From Octopus sinensis (lineage: Eukaryota): a DNA stretch of 64,000 nucleotides. The notes below the pieces were generated by a model, which ran no database searches, was not told where the DNA came from, and saw only the letters and a list, made by a program, of their open reading frames with translations. Within the stretch, counting starts at the first letter, position 1. The number at the start of each line of letters is the position of its first letter. Below are positions 58,856 to 64,000 of the stretch, piece by piece. Made by a program: the position numbers and the translations under genes. Where the stretch lies: positions 40,920,001-40,984,000 of the forward strand of contig NC_043007.1 of assembly GCF_006345805.1 (NCBI RefSeq). Direction: 5' to 3'.

Positions 58856-61800
58856 ATATATATATATACAGATAGAGAGAAATCATTGTAATTCTGCCTA
58901 GTTGTAAAATACATTTGTTTTTGCAGTGGGATCTGGTCTGTAACAAAGAAGGATTAGCTGAATCTACCCAAATATTTTATATCGTGGGTCAAATGATTAG
59001 TGGTTTAATATCACCTTATTTGATCGAAAGATTTGGACGGAAACCTGTACGAGTATCAAGTAGTGCTCTGTTGATAATCTTCAACTTATTCGGTGCATTT
59101 TCGCCATTCTACTACTTGTTTGCAGCCATGAGATTTTTCATTGGAATACTAAGAGAGGTAAAGTCTAAAATTATACACTTGTACACATACATACATTCAT
59201 GCATGCCTGCATACATACATACATACATACATACATACATTCAACAAATTGCACAAAAGCCTACAAGTACTCCATTTCACGGAGAAAGAGCAAAAGAAAC
59301 TGACGCGGATTCTCCCAATCCAATCTATTAGTGGCACAGTTGAGATTTGTAAGACATTCCAAAAGATTTCCGTGTGAGATTCTTATGTCAATAAATGCAC
59401 GCACTTGAATGTACGCATTGGCAGTTCAACCAACACACCAACTCAACCACATACTTACATATGTACATACATATGTACGTACATACATACATACATACAT
59501 ACATACATACATACATACATGCATACATACGTGCGTGCGTGCATGCATACATACATACATACATACATATATGCATGCATGCATGCATGCATGCATGCAT
59601 GCATCCATACATACATACATACATGCATACATAAATATAACCACCATTTTTGTTATCTAAGCTCCAATGATGGAGTTTTTGCTTGTTAGAAACTATTTCC
59701 CTTATTCTATAAAAATATCCTAAAAAAAAAAAGAAAAAGATATGCATACATGTTTACACACACACATACAACACACACTCATTCACTCATACGCACACAC
59801 TCATACACATACACACCCACACATACAGAAACACTAGCATTCTAATTGTTGCAAATAAGTGCTTTGGTACTTTTCTTCAACAAGATGGAATGTTAATATG
59901 GTAAACAACTGTCTGGTTCACACATACTGAATAACTGCCATGACATATACGTACAACCAACCATCTTCTAGAATAAGACCCAATTAGCTCGGAAATGTTC
60001 GACCCTATACTGTTGATTAAGCATATAACATTGATTCGTTGAAATAAACCACACGTTAAAATTCCAAAAGTCTTCAGTACTGGAAAGATATATGAACTTG
60101 TTGCAGTATCTTATCCACTTTCAATTTACGTTAGAAATTTTCTGTACTATTTTATCTTTCAGGCATTTCTTCTTAGCTCTACAACTTTGGTTTGTGAATT
60201 ATACCCCAAAGAAAAGCGTATCATTATGTCTGGTATATTTATGAATGTCTGGAGTTTCAGTAATTGTCTTGTCGGGTTCATAGCCTATATGCTGAAGGAT
60301 TACAATTGGAATGCATTATTCCTATTTAATGCTGCCCTCTCGGGATATTTTATTGTGGATTTCATGTAAGGACCAGGCTTTTTACCCATTATACACACAT
60401 AGAATCTAGAATTTGCAAGAATATGCCTTAGCACAAAAGAGACAGACCTCGAAGTAGTAATGCATGAAGGAAACCTTTTCTCTGTAGAAAAGGAGCAATT
60501 AGGTTTTTATGAAATAAGAATCCATAGTCACACTTGACTGCAGTATGGGTTCTATAGCGTGTATATAAACGAATTATTCGTGTAATATATACTGGATCTA
60601 TTAAAGAATATGATTACTACATCGATTTGAACATAGTGGAAGCTTTTTACAAATGTCGCCTTGTAATGACGGTCATGCTAGATACACTTACAAAGTGAAT
60701 AGCTATTATCAATAACCTAAGTTTTAAAATAGCTCTCTCTCTCTCTCACTCACTCCCTCACTAAGGTAGACTTCTCTGATGTATTTCTTGGCTTAAAATC
60801 AAATATTTACAAACCTTTCCACTAACAAAATCAAATACTAAGTTCTGCCTATAAGTACTCCTATTATCTCATGATGTTTTTAAAAGACTTCTTACTCTAT
60901 CATTTTTTACTCTACCACCCTGGAACAGGTCCAGAGAAATCATCTAATTCTCTGATTTGCACCTGCTTTTCTCCCTTTGCGTTCAGGTTGTTTGTGAAGG
61001 AGGAATGAAATATGCCTTAGACCATACCACTACTTTAGGAGAAGCAATTCACAAGCATTGTCGACAGTAAACTTAAGCAAGATCACAGATATACATGCAG
61101 GCACACACACACACACCACACACACACACACATATTCACACTCTATTTTTCAATGCCATCTGACAACACAGTTATTATCTCACATTTGTCTTTCTATGAT
61201 TGCAGTTTCCTGCAGGAATCTGTGCGGTGGTTAATTGCCACTTCAAAAATGAAAGCAGCTGAAAAGATTGTCAAAAAGGCAGCTAAACAAAACAAAGTTG
61301 ACTTTGATACTATTTGGCATATTACTTTAAAAGATATTTCAACATCAACACAACAAACAGCTAGTCCTGTGAACGAAACTAATCTCGACGGGCGAAACTG
61401 TGAGTCTAATGTCGAGGCAAACGCCAAAGCAGTTGTCAATCAGTCACAACTAGAAGTTGAAAAACAAGCTCCAATGTTAGAAAAATTAATTGTCATCTTC
61501 AAGTCACCTTATCTGAGGAAAGTTACCATCGTCATGTCTATAGTATGGTAAGTTTCACCGAATTATTGTTCACCTTGTTTCAGTCTTTCACATAAGCTAC
61601 TAATAGGAATTTTGGCGACGGTAGAATAGCGGCAGTATAGAGCTATGATGTCACTTAGCTGATTTCTTTACTACCCACAAGGGGCTAAACACAGAGGAGA
61701 CAAACAAGGACAGACAAACGGATTAAGTTGATTACATCGACCCTAGTGCGTAACTGGTACTTAATTTATCGACCCCGAAAGTATGAAAGTCGACCTCGGC

Positions 61801-62584
61801 AGAATTTGAACTCAGAATGTAACGGCAGATGAAATACCTATTTCTTTACTACCCACAAGGGGCTAAACACAGGGGAGACAAACAAGGACAGATAAACAGA
61901 TTAAGTCGATTATATCGACCCCAGTGCGTAACTGGTACTTATTTAATCGACCCCGAAAGGATGAAAAGCAAAGTCGACCTCGGAGGAATTCGAACTCAGA
62001 ACGTAACGGCAGACAAAATACTGGTAAGCATTTCGACCGGCGTGCTAACGCATCTGCCAGCTCACCGCCTTTAGCTGATTATGGTACCCTCAGCATTTGG
62101 TTGAAGAAATATCTTCTATAGATACTGAATATACAGAGCTCGTGTTTCTGTGTTTTATTGTGTTATGTGTATGTAAGAGAGAGAGAGTTTGTGTATGTGT
62201 GTGTGTATGTGTTTGTGTGGACTCATGTTTATATGGTTGTTTCTTTCAGTCTGTCTGTCCTTTTGTAAGGAAACTAATAATTATTTATTCCATACTTTCA
62301 TGCGATAAAACAGTAATTTAACATTGACATTAAATTGCCTCTAATGTGATTAACTCTATTGTTTTTGAATACGGGTAGGACAAACTTTGTGACGTTAATG
62401 CCTTTCCGTAGCTCTTTTGTAATTATATCTCATTTTTATAATTTTATAGGGCGGTAGACCTAACATCATCAAACAGTATTATGCTAATGTCGGAGGCTTT
62501 TGGTGAGAGTGTTTATATCGTCTACCCGACGATATGTTTACTGGAAATCTTAACTAATAGTCTATACGCTTTTTCAGCGAAAAG
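50204..62584 (+). CDS. SLC22-family transporter paralog B, spliced gene (exons 1-6; continues beyond window)
   Basis: Exons 50204-50342, 55333-55544, 58927-59157, 60163-60365, 61206-61547 and 62450-62584; exons 2-6 have the same lengths and phases as in paralog A. Confidence 0.9.
51000..52140 (-). mobile_element. Cluster of R4/Dong-clade (RLE) LINE 3' fragments separated by trinucleotide tails
   Basis: [12 protein letters not shown]; [19 protein letters not shown]; [22 protein letters not shown]; (ATT)/(CAT)/(GTT)/(AGT)n between pieces. Confidence 0.8.
52140..52880 (+). mobile_element. Possible LINE ORF1 (Tx1/L1-like) 5' fragment
   Basis: Frameshifted pieces [13 protein letters not shown] and [17 protein letters not shown] in a GC-richer block; family assignment is tentative. 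Confidence 0.35.
53400..55300 (-). mobile_element. R4/Dong-clade LINE fragments (two pieces; one has an internal duplication of the YKYLG region)
   Basis: [32 protein letters not shown] twice, MEFGLKKC and [10 protein letters not shown]. Confidence 0.82.
55333..55544 (+). CDS. Paralog B exon 2
   Basis: ttttacag|CCACCACA...TCACAG|gtaggt. Confidence 0.9.
56753..57044 (-). mobile_element. SINE family C
   Basis: Reverse complement of 34-328. Confidence 0.8.
57225..57345 (+). repeat. ~40-bp minisatellite, 3 copies
   Basis: caaattctaatgccaaatatatatgtatatatatatattg repeated. Confidence 0.8.
57388..57493 (-). ncRNA. Hammerhead motif with long stem II insert and a core substitution
   Basis: ATCAC-CCGACGA-GATACAT...ATGTGTC-GAAAC-AATT-GTT-GTGAT; 5-bp stem I, 7-bp stem II. 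Confidence 0.6.
58234..58271 (+). ncRNA. Degenerate minimal hammerhead motif
   Basis: tcttt-CTGTAGA-a-GAGC gtag GCTC-GAAAC-GTA-aaaga; the core has A6 replaced by U. Confidence 0.45.
58927..59157 (+). CDS. Paralog B exon 3
   Basis: tttgcag|TGGGAT...AGAGAG|gtaagt; [10 protein letters not shown]...ERFGRK...GILRE. Confidence 0.92.
59395..59635. repeat. (CATA)n/(CATG)n microsatellite
   Basis: Directly visible. Confidence 0.9.
60163..60365 (+). CDS. Paralog B exon 4
   Basis: ctttcag|GCATTT...TTCAT|gtaagg; [19 protein letters not shown]... Confidence 0.9.
61206..61547 (+). CDS. Paralog B exon 5
   Basis: attgcag|TTTCCTG...GTATG|gtaagt; FLQESVRWL...[12 protein letters not shown]; 342 nt. Confidence 0.88.
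61662..62070 (-). mobile_element. Two tandem SINE family B copies
   Basis: Units at about 61662-61838 and 61840-62070, reverse complement of 22549-22775. Confidence 0.8.
62450..62584 (+). CDS. Paralog B exon 6
   Basis: ttttatag|GGCGGTA...GCGAAAAG|gtaaac; [13 protein letters not shown]...AFSAKR. Confidence 0.85.
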
Positions 62585-63699
62585 GTAAACGAAACCATTT
62601 ATCAATATCCTGAGTGAATGGAACCATAACTGAGACAGTAACAGCCATATGCATGACGCTTAATGCTCCTTGCTAACTTTACTTACATTGTTTAAAATCT
62701 CGCTGAAATAAACGTTATTTTGCATCACCTGAAACTAATGCACTACAGCTTCTACTGTTGCGATATAAGCAATGAAGTTCAATTTCTTCTCTAAAATATT
62801 ACTCGTTAAAATAGTCAAACATTTTGTATATAAACACATGTAAACATGCATATCTTCCACTCAAACTGGTACATAAACATTGTAGTCGTATATAGACACA
62901 CATATCTTCGGATTCAACAACACAAGTATTTGTATATTTATATTTTAAAACATTTTTGTGAGAGGTGATGTACTTCTTGAGTGATATGTTTATATTAGTT
63001 TTGACGTAAATGCCTGTATGATGATGAAATTGTTGCGGCTTTTTCATGTGTGTAACCATGGTATGAAAGTGATGGATGGTGTCTTACTCAGTTGAACATG
63101 AGTAACTATTTAACATGATTAACTATCAAGATATGATCATTTTAAGTAGTAGGACATATATGTTTTTCTCAAGTGAATATTAACTTTTAATAAGTTGAAT
63201 CTTCCAACAGACTAGTATGTATTTGTCAGCATGGGGAGACTAGTTAAGGAAATCTCTCAGAATATTTAGGCAGTTGTCAGAGTTTATAATTTCATCTTAA
63301 TCCCGGCGAGAGAATATTCTCCACTACGCTAAATCGCAGCCTACCGATAAATACATGTAGCATATACGTTAAGTATATGTGGTCAATAATGTTTATCACA
63401 TTAGGGCTACTTCTATTTCATATTTGAATTTATTTTTATCTGTGCATTGCCGGGACATACTCATACACAGTTTGTACGCTGTATGCATATAAGTCGATAT
63501 GATTCCTTTCCGATCCTGTTCAGGTGCGAAACAGCGAAGTTCATTCCACCTTCATCAGATAGAGGTGAGTTATCTCGCCTGTCCAAGACATTCAGGTATT
63601 TTAACATCCAGCGTTTTGAGAGAGTATTCTCCACCACGCCATTACATAATACTCTGACAAATGTATACATGTGTGTGTATCCCCTCACCACTATCCACA

Positions 63700-64000
63700 C
63701 AGCCTGTGCCAGAACATGTTCCGTGGACCGTGCCTCTGCTCTCTCTCTCCTCACCCACCCTCCCATTGCCCCTCACCTACCACTCTTCCACCCTGCCCTT
63801 CCAACGCACCATTCCCCGTGCCTTCTGGCGACTCCAGTCCGACCACTTCACTTCGCACATCTTTCCCAACCTACCACTTCCCTCCTTCAAATGAACCCAC
63901 AACCTGCGTGACCTCCACAGTTTCTTCCCTAACACTACCTCCCAAACTGGCTCGTTCCCTGCTTCCACCCAGGCTGCCGCACTTGCCCCTACCTCTCCAA
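63700..64000 (-). mobile_element. Possible LINE (Tx1/L1-like) 3' fragment
   Basis: GC-rich, purine-skewed block with W/K/R-rich frames; tentative. Confidence 0.3.

Overview
AT-rich animal genomic DNA, probably from a cephalopod (Octopus-type SINE families and very long (TA)n tracts; this is inference). The host genes are two tandem, + strand SLC22-family (organic cation/anion transporter-like, MFS) paralogs that I reconstructed exon by exon from GT-AG boundaries and phase continuity. Paralog A has exons 2-10 at 6208-38053, with exon 1 presumably upstream of the window. Paralog B has exons 1-6 at 50204-62584 and continues past the window. A pseudogenised duplicate of the terminal exon lies between them. 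Introns and spacers are filled with transposable elements: a near-full-length Penelope-like element (RT plus GIY-YIG), an inverted copy of it, other Penelope fragments, mariner/Tc1, CR1, RTE and R4/Dong LINE pieces, tandem Helitron-like units and several tRNA-derived SINE families. The least expected signal is a dense set of type I hammerhead ribozyme (HHR) motifs from several unrelated repeat families. These include a ~550-bp tandem/inverted array with one HHR per unit (retrozyme-like). Many (TA)n-flanked fold-back palindromes also lie inside the transporter introns. The many Y/I-rich ORFs in the track are microsatellite artefacts.
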